Of a stretch of DNA of 36,919 bases, positions 29,260 to 36,919 are shown piece by piece. The translations under genes were made by a program, and so were the position numbers. This stretch comes from Bacillota bacterium (GTDB taxonomy: Bacteria; Bacillota; Clostridia; Peptostreptococcales; Anaerovoracaceae). The stretch covers positions 1 through 36,919 of the forward strand of contig JAFWDF010000066.1 in NCBI GenBank assembly GCA_017534025.1, given 5' to 3'. How positions within the stretch are numbered: position 1 is the first letter of the stretch; each line of letters opens with the position of its first letter. The notes beneath the pieces are model-generated. The model saw only the letters and a program-made list of their open reading frames with translations. It searched no databases and was not told where the DNA came from.

Positions 29260-29355
29260 GCGGCAGACTCCGCAGGAACAGTTTATCAGGGAACCGTTAT
29301 TATTTGCAGCAAGTTGATTGCCGGCAGGCAATATAAGATAAGGAGAACAGATATT

Positions 29356-30384
29356 ATGAAAAAGAAGATATTCGCTATTCTGATGACCGCCGCTCTTTGC
29401 GCAGCAGCACTTACCGGCTGCGGCAGCGCCGGGGACAACGGCAGCAGCCGGGAAAGCAACAGCGGCAGTCCGGAAAAAATCACGTTTGCTCTGGACTGGA
29501 CGCCGAACACCAACCACACTGGTGTTTACGTCGCAGAACAGATGGGCTATTTCGACGAAGCCGGTCTGGACGTGGAAATCGTACAGCCTTCCGCGGACGG
29601 TGCGGAAATGATGGTCGGCGCCGGACAGGCCCAGTTCGGCGTGTCTTTCCAGGACACCATGTCCTCCCTGATGGAGGGCGAAAGCAAATCCGCTCCAATT
29701 ACCGCCGTGGCGGCCATTATCCAGCACAACACCTCCGGGATCATGTCCCGGCAGGGCGAAGGCATCACTTCCCCGAAGGGAATGGAAGGAAAATCCTATG
29801 CCACCTGGGAATGGCCTATTGAACAGAATATCATCCGGGAATGTGTGGAAGCCGATGGCGGCGACTACAGCAAAATTGAAATGATTCCGGAAACGATTGA
29901 TAATGAAGTGGCTGCGCTGAAAGCCAAGCAGATTGACTGCCTCTGGGTTTACTATGCCTGGGCCGGCATCAGTGCCAAAGTATCGGATTTCGCCGTCGAT
30001 TATTTTGCGTTCCGCGATATCGACGAAGTATTTGATTACTATTCGCCGGTTATCATCGCCAATGACGATTATCTGAAGGAACATCCGGATACGGCAAAGG
30101 CATTTCTGAAAGCGGTCAGCCGCGGTTATGAATACGCGATGGAAGACCCGGATGCAGCCGGTGCCATTCTGCTCGCCGCCAATCCGGAACTGGATCCGAA
30201 TCTGGTTATGGAAAGCCAGAACTATCTCGCGGATCAGTACCAGGCGGATGCTGCACAGTGGGGCATTATCGATGCGGATCGCTGGAACCGCTTCTATAAC
30301 TGGGTGAATGAGAATAAGCTGTCGGAACAGCCGATTCCGGAAAATACCGGTTTCAGCAACGAATATCTCCCGGCTGCAGAATAA
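29356..30384 (+). CDS. NMT1/THI5-like ABC substrate-binding lipoprotein (ThiY-like, pyrimidine-precursor binding)
   Basis: MKKKIFAILMTAALCAAALTGCGS lipobox. ITFALDWTPNTNHTGVYVAEQMGYF is the NMT1/THI5 signature. AAGGAGAA RBS. Confidence 0.85.
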   Translation: MKKKIFAILMTAALCAAALTGCGSAGDNGSSRESNSGSPEKITFALDWTPNTNHTGVYVAEQMGYFDEAGLDVEIVQPSADGAEMMVGAGQAQFGVSFQDTMSSLMEGESKSAPITAVAAIIQHNTSGIMSRQGEGITSPKGMEGKSYATWEWPIEQNIIRECVEADGGDYSKIEMIPETIDNEVAALKAKQIDCLWVYYAWAGISAKVSDFAVDYFAFRDIDEVFDYYSPVIIANDDYLKEHPDTAKAFLKAVSRGYEYAMEDPDAAGAILLAANPELDPNLVMESQNYLADQYQADAAQWGIIDADRWNRFYNWVNENKLSEQPIPENTGFSNEYLPAAE

Positions 30385-30436
30385 ACAGTGAGGAAGGCTT
30401 CCTGCGCGGTACGCAACGCCATACCGCGCGGAGCCA

Positions 30437-31225
30437 ATGCGGTGCAAAGATATGCATAAACTGGAAACCAAAAACATTACCATGAGCTTTTCCGGGCAGC
30501 CTGTGATCCGGAACATCTCCATAGCCGCGGATCAGGGCGAGCTGGTCAGTCTGCTCGGTGTATCCGGCAGCGGCAAGACGACGCTGTTCAACTGTATTGC
30601 CGGCATCTACCGGCCGGCTGAGGGGCAGGTGTTCCTGGACGGGGAAGAGATCACCGGCACCACCGGCCGGATCAGCTACATGCTGCAGAAGGATCTCCTT
30701 CTGCCGTATAAAACGATCGAAGACAATGTCGGCCTGCCGCTGGTGATCCGCGGGGTTTCGAAAAAAGAAGCCCGGAAACTGGTCTCCCCGCATTTTGAAG
30801 AGTTTGGTCTGGAAGGTACCCAGAAGCAGTATCCCGGCGAATTGTCCGGCGGCATGCGGCAGCGGGCTGCCCTGCTGAGAACCTATATGTTTTCCGATAA
30901 CGTAGCCCTGCTGGACGAGCCGTTTTCCGCACTGGATACCATTACCAAAGGCAAGCTGCACCGCTGGTATCTGGGCGTGATGGAGAAAATCCGTCTCACA
31001 ACGCTCTTCATTACCCACGATATTAATGAAGCGATCCTGCTGTCCGACCGGATTTATATCATGACCGGGAAACCCGGCGAAATCCGTGATGAAATCCGCA
31101 TCGCCACGCCGCGCGGAGAACGGGAGGACTATGAACTGTCGGACGAATTTCTGAAATATAAACGAATCATCATGGATATTCTGAAACAGGCGGATGAGCC
31201 GGAAAAGGACAATGTGTATGCGTAA
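30437..31225 (+). CDS. ABC transporter ATP-binding protein (ThiZ-like)
   Basis: Walker A GVSGSGKTT, signature LSGGMRQR, Walker B LLDEPFSALD. Start at 30437 or 30452. Confidence 0.9.
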   Translation: MRCKDMHKLETKNITMSFSGQPVIRNISIAADQGELVSLLGVSGSGKTTLFNCIAGIYRPAEGQVFLDGEEITGTTGRISYMLQKDLLLPYKTIEDNVGLPLVIRGVSKKEARKLVSPHFEEFGLEGTQKQYPGELSGGMRQRAALLRTYMFSDNVALLDEPFSALDTITKGKLHRWYLGVMEKIRLTTLFITHDINEAILLSDRIYIMTGKPGEIRDEIRIATPRGEREDYELSDEFLKYKRIIMDILKQADEPEKDNVYA

Positions 31226-31916
31226 ACTGCACGTTATCCAAAGACTGCTTCTGTTCGCGCTGCCTGCCGCGATGATGCTGCTCTTTTCAGGATGCAGTCT
31301 GACCGTGCAGGATTCCGGAACAGGGCAGGGAAGCGGTATTGAAAAAGAACTGCCGGATTATTCCTCAGAATTCAATATTCCCCGCTATATCAGCAGCCAC
31401 GATGAGGACGGCGACGGCCTGGACGACCAGACGGACATCCTCCGGAGCGCGCGGGAATACACCGCCTCCATGCCGAAATATAAAAGTGCCTACTATTCGA
31501 CCGGTTATCCGGATGACGGGTACGGTGTATGTACTGATGTCGTCGGCTTCGCGCTGCTGGGCGCAGGATATGATCTTATGCATCTGGTGAATACGGATAT
31601 TCAGAAGGATCCGGCTGCCTATGGAATCGGCAGCCCGGATATCAACATCGATTTCCGCAGAGTCCCGAATCTGAACGTCTATTTTTCCCATACCGCACAG
31701 AGTCTCACAACGGACCCGAACGAGATCGCAGAATGGCAGGGCGGCGACATCGTCGTGTTCGATCATCACATTGCGCTGGTTTCCGACCGGCGTAATAAAA
31801 AAGGAATTCCATACATTATTCATCATGTCAGTGCCGCACAGAGTTCCTATGAACAGGATGCTCTGGTAAAATGGGAAAAGAAGGCCGGTATTCTCGGCCA
31901 TTACCGGATCAGCTGA
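31218..31916 (+). CDS. DUF1287 domain lipoprotein
   Basis: MRKLHVIQRLLLFALPAAMMLLFSGCS lipobox. ...YSTGYPDDGYGVCTDVV...DFRRVPNL...GDIVVF...HIALVSD resembles DUF1287. Overlaps the ATPase stop by 8 nt. Confidence 0.7.
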   Translation: MRKLHVIQRLLLFALPAAMMLLFSGCSLTVQDSGTGQGSGIEKELPDYSSEFNIPRYISSHDEDGDGLDDQTDILRSAREYTASMPKYKSAYYSTGYPDDGYGVCTDVVGFALLGAGYDLMHLVNTDIQKDPAAYGIGSPDINIDFRRVPNLNVYFSHTAQSLTTDPNEIAEWQGGDIVVFDHHIALVSDRRNKKGIPYIIHHVSAAQSSYEQDALVKWEKKAGILGHYRIS

Positions 31917-31995
31917 CCCGTTGCTCCGGATGGGTTCGGCAGTTCAATCATATATTCGGATATTATGCTGCCTGCGCAGCAGGAAGGATTCAGTT

Positions 31996-32472
31996 ATGTT
32001 CAGAGAAATGCTCCGGTCGAAACAGCAGGTTTCCCGGGAAGAATGCATCCGCATTCTGAAAGAAGAAAAGAGAGGCGTTCTTTCTGTGCTGGGTGACGAC
32101 GGTTACCCGTACGGAATGCCCATCAACCACTGGTACTGCGAAGAAGACGGGAAGCTTTACTTCCACGGCGGAAAGACCGGACACAAGATCGACGCTTTGA
32201 AAGCATACGACAAGGTTTCATTCTGCGTGTATAACGAAGGATTTTGCAGAGAAGGGGAATGGGCACTGAATATAACCAGTGTCATTGTGTTTGGCCGGGT
32301 CCGCTTTGTGGAAGATTACGACCGCGCCATGGAAATCAGCCGGCAGCTGTGTTATAAATTCACGGATGACGAAGAATATATCGCACACGAAATCAGCCGG
32401 TCCGGCCCCGGAACGCTGGTCTTTGAGCTGATCCCGGAACACATGACCGGCAAACTGGTCAACGAATCCTGA
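31996..32472 (+). CDS. pyridoxamine 5'-phosphate oxidase-family (FMN-binding split barrel) protein
   Basis: MFREMLRSKQQVSREECIRILKEEKRGVLSVLGDDGYPYGMPINHWY...LYFHGGKTGHK is a NimA/PNPOx-like pattern. AGGAAGGA RBS. Confidence 0.8.
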   Translation: MFREMLRSKQQVSREECIRILKEEKRGVLSVLGDDGYPYGMPINHWYCEEDGKLYFHGGKTGHKIDALKAYDKVSFCVYNEGFCREGEWALNITSVIVFGRVRFVEDYDRAMEISRQLCYKFTDDEEYIAHEISRSGPGTLVFELIPEHMTGKLVNES

Positions 32473-32510
32473 ACAAGATGGATACAAGGGCTTTCCGGCA
32501 CTACGAATCC

Positions 32511-32526
32511 TGTTTCACGTGAAACA
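32511..32526. repeat. 16-bp perfect palindrome TGTTTCACGTGAAACA between convergent genes
   Basis: read directly from the sequence; no flanking U-run. Confidence 0.9.
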
Positions 32527-32533
32527 TGGACAG

Positions 32534-33412
32534 TCAGATATGGATTTCCCCTTCTGCCAGAATACATGTCCGGCCTCCGACGCAAATCGACGGAAGGCCG
32601 GTTTTTTTATTCCTCTGCACAGAGGTCCGGATGACAGAGCGCCTCCCCATGCTTTCCCCCTGTATCATCAACTGCTGCGAATCCTCTCCTATAATGCCGC
32701 ATTCCTTCAGATACCAGGTCAGTCCTGCACTGGATGTCCCGGTTGCCGCCTCTTCATCGATCCCGAAAAGCGGTGCAAAGTTCCGGCAGTGACAAAGCGC
32801 ACCCTCTTCCGCATCCATCGTGAAAGCATGTACACCGGTCACCCCGTATCGTTCGGACAGCTCAGCCAGTTTTTTCATATCCGGTTCCATCGCATGCAGC
32901 TCATGGCGGCAGCAAACCGGGAGGAGAATATCCGGAATGCCGGCAGTAACAATAGCCGGCCGGAGTGCCTTCTCCTCAGGAATCCGGGCGCCCATTGCTT
33001 CATACAATTCTTCCAGTTCCCCGCGCCCTTCTATCATGCCGGCCACAAGGGGCGCCTGCATTTCCATCATAACGGTGCCGTTTCGAAGCGTGATAGTCAG
33101 ATCTCCGGATTTTGTCCGGCAGTCGCATATGCTTTCCCCGCGGATCAGGCCAAGATGCAGCAGCGCGCCAAACGAAGCGATCGTGGCGTGTCCGCAGAGA
33201 TCCACTTCTGCTGCCGGTGTAAAATACCGCAGCTGAAAGGAATCTTTTCCGAGGGTTTTAATAAAGGCGGTTTCCGAATAGCGCAGTTCCGCCGCCGTCT
33301 TCATCATGATGGTTTCCGAAGGGAACTCTTCTCCATCCGGCAAAATCACGATCCCGGCGGTATTGCCGCCAAACGGCTCACCGGTAAATGCTTCTGCGAT
33401 GAGAAATTTCAT
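32534..33412 (-). CDS. PhzF-family isomerase
   Basis: 292 aa, FTGEPFGGNTAGIV...ETAFI...LRYFTPAAEVDLCGHATIAS...GTSSAGL. Confidence 0.9.
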   Translation of the reverse strand: MKFLIAEAFTGEPFGGNTAGIVILPDGEEFPSETIMMKTAAELRYSETAFIKTLGKDSFQLRYFTPAAEVDLCGHATIASFGALLHLGLIRGESICDCRTKSGDLTITLRNGTVMMEMQAPLVAGMIEGRGELEELYEAMGARIPEEKALRPAIVTAGIPDILLPVCCRHELHAMEPDMKKLAELSERYGVTGVHAFTMDAEEGALCHCRNFAPLFGIDEEAATGTSSAGLTWYLKECGIIGEDSQQLMIQGESMGRRSVIRTSVQRNKKTGLPSICVGGRTCILAEGEIHI

Positions 33413-33521
33413 ACCGTTTTCCTGCTTTCATCTTACCCTGTGTCCTTTCCGTTTCCGGCAGCGCTTCGACTTGTCCGTAACGGACAGAACTGCTACAATC
33501 ATTTCAGAAAGGGGAACCACC

Positions 33522-33755
33522 ATGGGCAAAATAGTACATACAAAGGGAAGCATCGGTTCACAGGGCGTAGCACAGGGTGCCGTATGCCGTTTCTGTCCCG
33601 GCAGCTGCGCCACTTCCTGCATGCGTGCCGGCTTCAATCCGTACGGTATCCGACTGGATGAACAACGCGGTCCGTTTTCCATCTCTCTGGACGGTTTCGA
33701 ACCGCTTGAATCCGCCGCATCCTGCGAAGACGACGGCGGGGAAGAAGGCAGATAA
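33522..33755 (+). CDS. possible small Cys-rich hypothetical protein (77 aa)
   Basis: ATG preceded by AAAGGGGA and by a promoter-like TTGTCC, 17 nt, TACAAT (33471-33499). Contains CRFCPGSCATSC. I recognise no family. Confidence 0.3.
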   Translation: MGKIVHTKGSIGSQGVAQGAVCRFCPGSCATSCMRAGFNPYGIRLDEQRGPFSISLDGFEPLESAASCEDDGGEEGR

Positions 33756-33764
33756 TTCTCCCGT

Positions 33765-34700
33765 TTATTCTTCTGTAAACAGCGCGGTAGAATAATATCG
33801 GTCGCCGCTGTCCGGCAGCAATGCCACAATAACCTTGCCTTTATTTTCCGGTCTGCGGGCAAGCTGTATAGCTCCGAAAAGCGCAGCGCCGGAGGAAATG
33901 CCTACCGATATACCTTCTTTTTTCGCAAGGAGTTTTGCCGTTTCAAATGCATCCTTTCCGGAGGCTTTGAACACTTCATCATAAACTTCCGTATTCAGCA
34001 CTTCAGGAACAAATCCGGCGCCGATCCCCTGGATGGTGTGCGCGCCGCTTCTGCCTTCCGAAAGCACAGGAGAATCTTCCGGCTCCAGTGCAACGATTTT
34101 TATCTCCGGATTCTGTTCTTTCAGATATTCTCCGGTTCCGGTCAGCGTTCCGCCTGTTCCGACACCGGCAATAAAGATATCTACCTTCCCGTCCGTATCC
34201 TTCCAGATTTCCGGACCGGTCGTCGCCTTATGAGCCGCCGGATTGGCCGGATTCACAAACTGCCCGGCAATAAAGCTGTCCGGAATTTCCTTCACGAGTT
34301 CTTCCGCTTTGTCTATAGCACCCTGCATACCCTTTGCGCCTTCGGTCAGAACCAGCTCCGCGCCATACGCTTTCAGAATATTCCTGCGCTCCATGCTCAT
34401 AGTCTCAGGCATGGTCAGAATGATCCGGAATCCTTTTGCCGCGGCGATTGCAGCCAGTCCGATTCCGGTGTTGCCGGAAGTCGGTTCGATAATAACCGCC
34501 CCCTCCTTCAACATGCCTTTTTTCTCGGCATCCTCAAGCATCGCCTTCGCGACACGGTCTTTCACGCTTCCTGCCGGGTTGAGGTATTCCAGCTTCACCA
34601 GAACGCTTGCTTCCAGGCCGAGTTCTTTCTCTATATTGGTCACTTCCAGCAGAGGTGTGCCGCCGATCAATTCATCCATTCCTTTATAAATATTAGCCAT
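33765..34700 (-). CDS. cysK: cysteine synthase A (O-acetylserine sulfhydrylase)
   Basis: MANIYKGMDELIGGTPLL...LNPAGSVKDR...TSGNTGIGLA. AAGGAGGA RBS before ATG 34700. Confidence 0.95.
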   Translation of the reverse strand: MANIYKGMDELIGGTPLLEVTNIEKELGLEASVLVKLEYLNPAGSVKDRVAKAMLEDAEKKGMLKEGAVIIEPTSGNTGIGLAAIAAAKGFRIILTMPETMSMERRNILKAYGAELVLTEGAKGMQGAIDKAEELVKEIPDSFIAGQFVNPANPAAHKATTGPEIWKDTDGKVDIFIAGVGTGGTLTGTGEYLKEQNPEIKIVALEPEDSPVLSEGRSGAHTIQGIGAGFVPEVLNTEVYDEVFKASGKDAFETAKLLAKKEGISVGISSGAALFGAIQLARRPENKGKVIVALLPDSGDRYYSTALFTEE

Positions 34701-34792
34701 TTCCATCCTCCTTGCAGAACGCCCGGCCATTTCCCCGGACAATCATTTCAATGCCATTATTATACCGCAATTTCGTTTCCAGTAGAACCGTC

Positions 34793-34824
34793 TTGATTCA
34801 CCTATTAAACTACTATATAATAGG
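34793..34824 (+). promoter_or_regulatory. candidate promoter of the Rrf2 gene with overlapping 7-bp inverted repeat
   Basis: TTGATT (34793-98), 17 nt, TATAAT (34816-21). CCTATTA N10 TAATAGG (34801-34824) spans the -10. Confidence 0.5.
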
Positions 34825-34849
34825 CAATAACAGAACAGGAGGGAACGAT

Positions 34850-35281
34850 ATGATTTCTACACGGGGACGCTATGCAGTACGGGTCCTGATCGATCTTGCC
34901 ACTCATAATAATGAAAACTATGTCCCATTAAAACAAATCGCGGAATGACAGGGCATTTCAAAAAAGTATCTGGAAATCATCGTGAAAGATATGGTGGCCG
35001 GAGGCCTGATCATCGGCGCCAGCGGAAAAGGAGGCGGTTACCGGCTCTGCCGGAGTCCGGAGGAATATACCATTGGAGAAGTGATCGAACTGATGGAAGG
35101 ACCGCTCGCTCCGGTGGCCTGCCTCTCAAGCGGCGCTGCCCCTTGCCCGCGTGCCGCGGAATGTGAAACGCTGCCTTTGTGGACGGAATATGACCGGCTT
35201 ACCCATGACTTTTTCTACAGCAAACGCCTGAGCGATATCCTCCCGAAGGAGAGCCCGCTGCAGGCCGGGACTGTCTCATAA
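34850..35281 (+). pseudogene. Rrf2-family (Fe-S type, CymR/IscR-like) regulator interrupted by an in-frame TGA
   Basis: MISTRGRYAVRVLIDLATHNNENYVPLKQIAE-TGA(34946-48)-QGISKKYLEIIVKDMVAGGLIIGASGKGGGYRLCR... The stop replaces the conserved Arg of the AERQGIS HTH. A C-x8-C-x5-C cluster lies downstream. Confidence 0.85.
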
Positions 35282-35295
35282 AGGAGAACATCCGG

Positions 35296-35712
35296 ATGAC
35301 GCCGTATAAACATATTGTGCAATATTATGAAACGGATAAAATGGGCATTACACATCACTCGAATTATATTCGCTGGATGGAGGAAGCCCGCATCGATTTT
35401 CTGAAGCAGCTCGGGTGGGGATATGAAAAGCTGGAAGAAGAGGGCATCTTTTCTCCGGTGACGGCCATCGACTGTAAATACAAAGCTAATACCACCTTCC
35501 CGGATGAAATTTCCATTACCGTTTCTGTATCTGCTTTTCAGGGCGCTATTCTGAAACTGCAGTACGTCATGACCAATCAGAACGGGCAGATCGTGTTCGA
35601 AGGACATTCCGAACACTGTTTCCTGAATGCGCAGGGACGAATTATCCGAATGAACAGAGCCTACCCTGAATTCAGCAAGCTTCTTTCATCGCTGATAACG
35701 ACAGAACAGTAA
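35296..35712 (+). CDS. acyl-CoA thioesterase (YbgC/4HBT hot-dog fold)
   Basis: 138 aa, VQYYETDKMGITHHSNYIRWMEEARIDFL. Confidence 0.85.
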   Translation: MTPYKHIVQYYETDKMGITHHSNYIRWMEEARIDFLKQLGWGYEKLEEEGIFSPVTAIDCKYKANTTFPDEISITVSVSAFQGAILKLQYVMTNQNGQIVFEGHSEHCFLNAQGRIIRMNRAYPEFSKLLSSLITTEQ

Positions 35713-35736
35713 TAAATGATACGGACAAAAAACAGT

Positions 35737-35775
35737 AATCCCGCCGGTCTTCGGCGGGATTCGTTTTATATTTTC
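35737..35775 (+). terminator. Rho-independent terminator
   Basis: AATCCCGCCG, 5-nt loop, CGGCGGGATT, then CGTTTTATATTTT. Confidence 0.8.
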
Positions 35776-35860
35776 CTGACACACTTATTAAACAGAGCTT
35801 CCATCTTTTCATATTTACACAGGAAAGAATCTACGCTTGCGTCAAACATTTCATTCTCGC

Positions 35861-35950
35861 TCACGTTACAAAACATATTTCCTTATTGACGATACCGAGC
35901 TTGTTTTTCAGAACATTTGAGTTTGGGCAGCAGTAAACAGGATCACCCAT
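35861..35950 (-). pseudogene. N-terminal remnant of a Fic/Fido-family toxin gene
   Basis: MGDPVYCCPNSNVLKNKLGIVNKE... matches the conserved Fic N-terminus (DPY.YP.T.VL.NKLGI), then stops after 29 codons. No HPFxxGNGR region follows. Confidence 0.55.
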
Positions 35951-35951
35951 T

Positions 35952-36251
35952 TTAAATGTCCTCCGCCTTTACACCCCTATCCTCATCCGTAACGGAATCA
36001 AAGATGTGTTTGCGCAATTCGTCACCAGATATCCTCCCGTTTGCATAATCGGTAAGCATTTGTGTTTCCACCTCAGTAAGAGTCATATTTTCCATCGCCA
36101 TAGTTTCTTTGGTTTCTGCAACTGATTGTTCAATGGTATAGGCAGGATGCGACAGCTTTATATCGAATGGGATGCTTTCAGTGATAATGATCTGCTTAAT
36201 CAGCATATTAACTGCGGCTGACAGATTTGTGACCAGGGAATCTAAAATCAT
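35952..36251 (-). CDS. antitoxin-like protein: truncated RelB/DinJ-like segment fused to a VbhA-like (Fic-inhibiting) domain
   Basis: ...LSAAVNMLIKQIIITESIPFDIKL resembles the DinJ/RelB C-terminal helix and the PF(D/E)(L/I) motif. MENMTLTEVETQMLTDYANGRISGDELRKHI resembles VbhA. Its stop lies 1 nt before the Fic-remnant ATG. Confidence 0.55.
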   Translation of the reverse strand: MILDSLVTNLSAAVNMLIKQIIITESIPFDIKLSHPAYTIEQSVAETKETMAMENMTLTEVETQMLTDYANGRISGDELRKHIFDSVTDEDRGVKAEDI

Positions 36252-36511
36252 GCTGATCCAGAATCCATGATCTGAAAGGATATCAAAAAATAAAAAAACC
36301 GCAACCGCTGTGACATCAGCGAGTTACGGGTTTAAATGACGATCACGTATAACACCAACCAAATAGGCGCATCGTCGAATTATGCACGAATTATGTGCGC
36401 GCCGGTATTTGTCTCCCCCCGTGGCAGAAGATCGTATATAATAGAGAATGTTTAACGAAATACGAGGGCGGGAAACGATCCCGTCAGAACTGATACGAGG
36501 AGGGAAGGACA

Positions 36512-36919
36512 GTGAAAGTAAAGATGGAAGATACATCAAGAAAGCATGTTTTGTGCGAGAAAGCGCCGCTTGTTGCAATGATTCTGGCAGCAGTTCTCGC
36601 ATTGGCATTTTTATCTATACCCTGGCTGCTGGGTCTTTCTGATGCGGCAGAGAACTTAGCATCTAGTGTTCTTGCAGTACTCTTTCTGACAGCCTACACA
36701 AAGTGGTTTTCTCCTGCGTTCAAAGGTGTATTCAAGACAAGTCGTCTTGCGACAGGTCTCGCTTTCGTATGGTTCGCTTTTGCATTTAAATTCTTCGGAG
36801 CGTATTTCGTGAATCTTGCAGACAGCGGCTTTTATTTTAAACCTACCGTAGCAGCTCTTGCCATGGCAATTGGCGCAGGTTTTTTCGAAGAGACGATATT
36901 CAGAGGAGTTACCGTTCCT
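36512..36919 (+). CDS. CPBP-family intramembrane glutamic endopeptidase (CAAX protease-like), 3' end truncated by the window
   Basis: open frame to the window end, not in the ORF track because it has no stop. Hydrophobic segments and the GFFEETIFRG (EExxxR) motif. GAGGAGGGAAGG RBS before GTG 36512 (ATG 36524 is the alternative). Confidence 0.7.
   Translation, partial: MKVKMEDTSRKHVLCEKAPLVAMILAAVLALAFLSIPWLLGLSDAAENLASSVLAVLFLTAYTKWFSPAFKGVFKTSRLATGLAFVWFAFAFKFFGAYFVNLADSGFYFKPTVAALAMAIGAGFFEETIFRGVTVP

Noticed and set aside
28924-30522. 532-aa minus-strand ORF
   Set aside because: It is antisense to the ThiX/ThiY-like genes, which have strong family signatures and lie behind a TPP riboswitch on the plus strand.
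34946-34948. TGA as selenocysteine or alternative genetic code (code 4 or 25)
   Set aside because: Several well-defined genes in the window terminate at TGA at the expected protein length. The position corresponds to a conserved Arg in the HTH, not to a redox Cys.

Overview
The window looks like a chromosomal segment of a Clostridia-type Firmicute. The evidence is moderately high GC, GGAGG-type ribosome-binding sites, a T-box leader and many Clostridia-associated DUF families. It is mostly housekeeping or accessory metabolism, about 40 genes, and I see no recognisable defence island, CRISPR array, rRNA/tRNA gene or intact mobile element.

Genes in order:
- di-Mop/TOBE molybdate-binding protein; a membrane-anchored hypothetical; DUF2130.
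- A tightly packed minus-strand operon: surE, DUF2156, lipoprotein, YfcE-like phosphodiesterase, secreted Fn3-like protein.
- An AT-rich spacer plus XRE regulator; CobB sirtuin; SGNH hydrolase; ABC-F ATPase; DUF5688.
- nnrD and crcB; leuA-leuC-leuD behind a Leu T-box; serS and DUF951; a UPF0182 membrane protein.
- A very large zinc-ribbon, acidic-repeat, tail-anchored protein; a divergent LysR/DMT pair.
- A TPP-riboswitch operon: thiamine-binding protein, ThiXYZ-like ABC transporter, DUF1287. It is followed by a PNPOx-family protein and PhzF.
- cysK divergent from an Rrf2 regulator and a thioesterase.
- A lower-GC tail holding a decayed Fic/VbhA toxin-antitoxin remnant and a partial CPBP protease gene.

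Most notable observations:
1. A 125-bp tandem duplication made of four similar hairpin modules sits in a ~530-bp noncoding gap upstream of nnrD.
2. Three otherwise conserved genes carry single-nucleotide lesions. crcB has a +1 T in a T-run. The giant repeat protein has one 53-bp unit in a 54-bp array. The Rrf2 regulator has an in-frame TGA. The two indels are homopolymer-type and could be read errors.
3. DUF1287 is translationally coupled to the TPP-riboswitch transporter operon.
4. The leader of the UPF0182 gene has alternative-pairing 8-9 nt motifs.

I did not find a clear novel multi-gene system. All family assignments come from recognising motifs in the translated ORFs, not from database searches.
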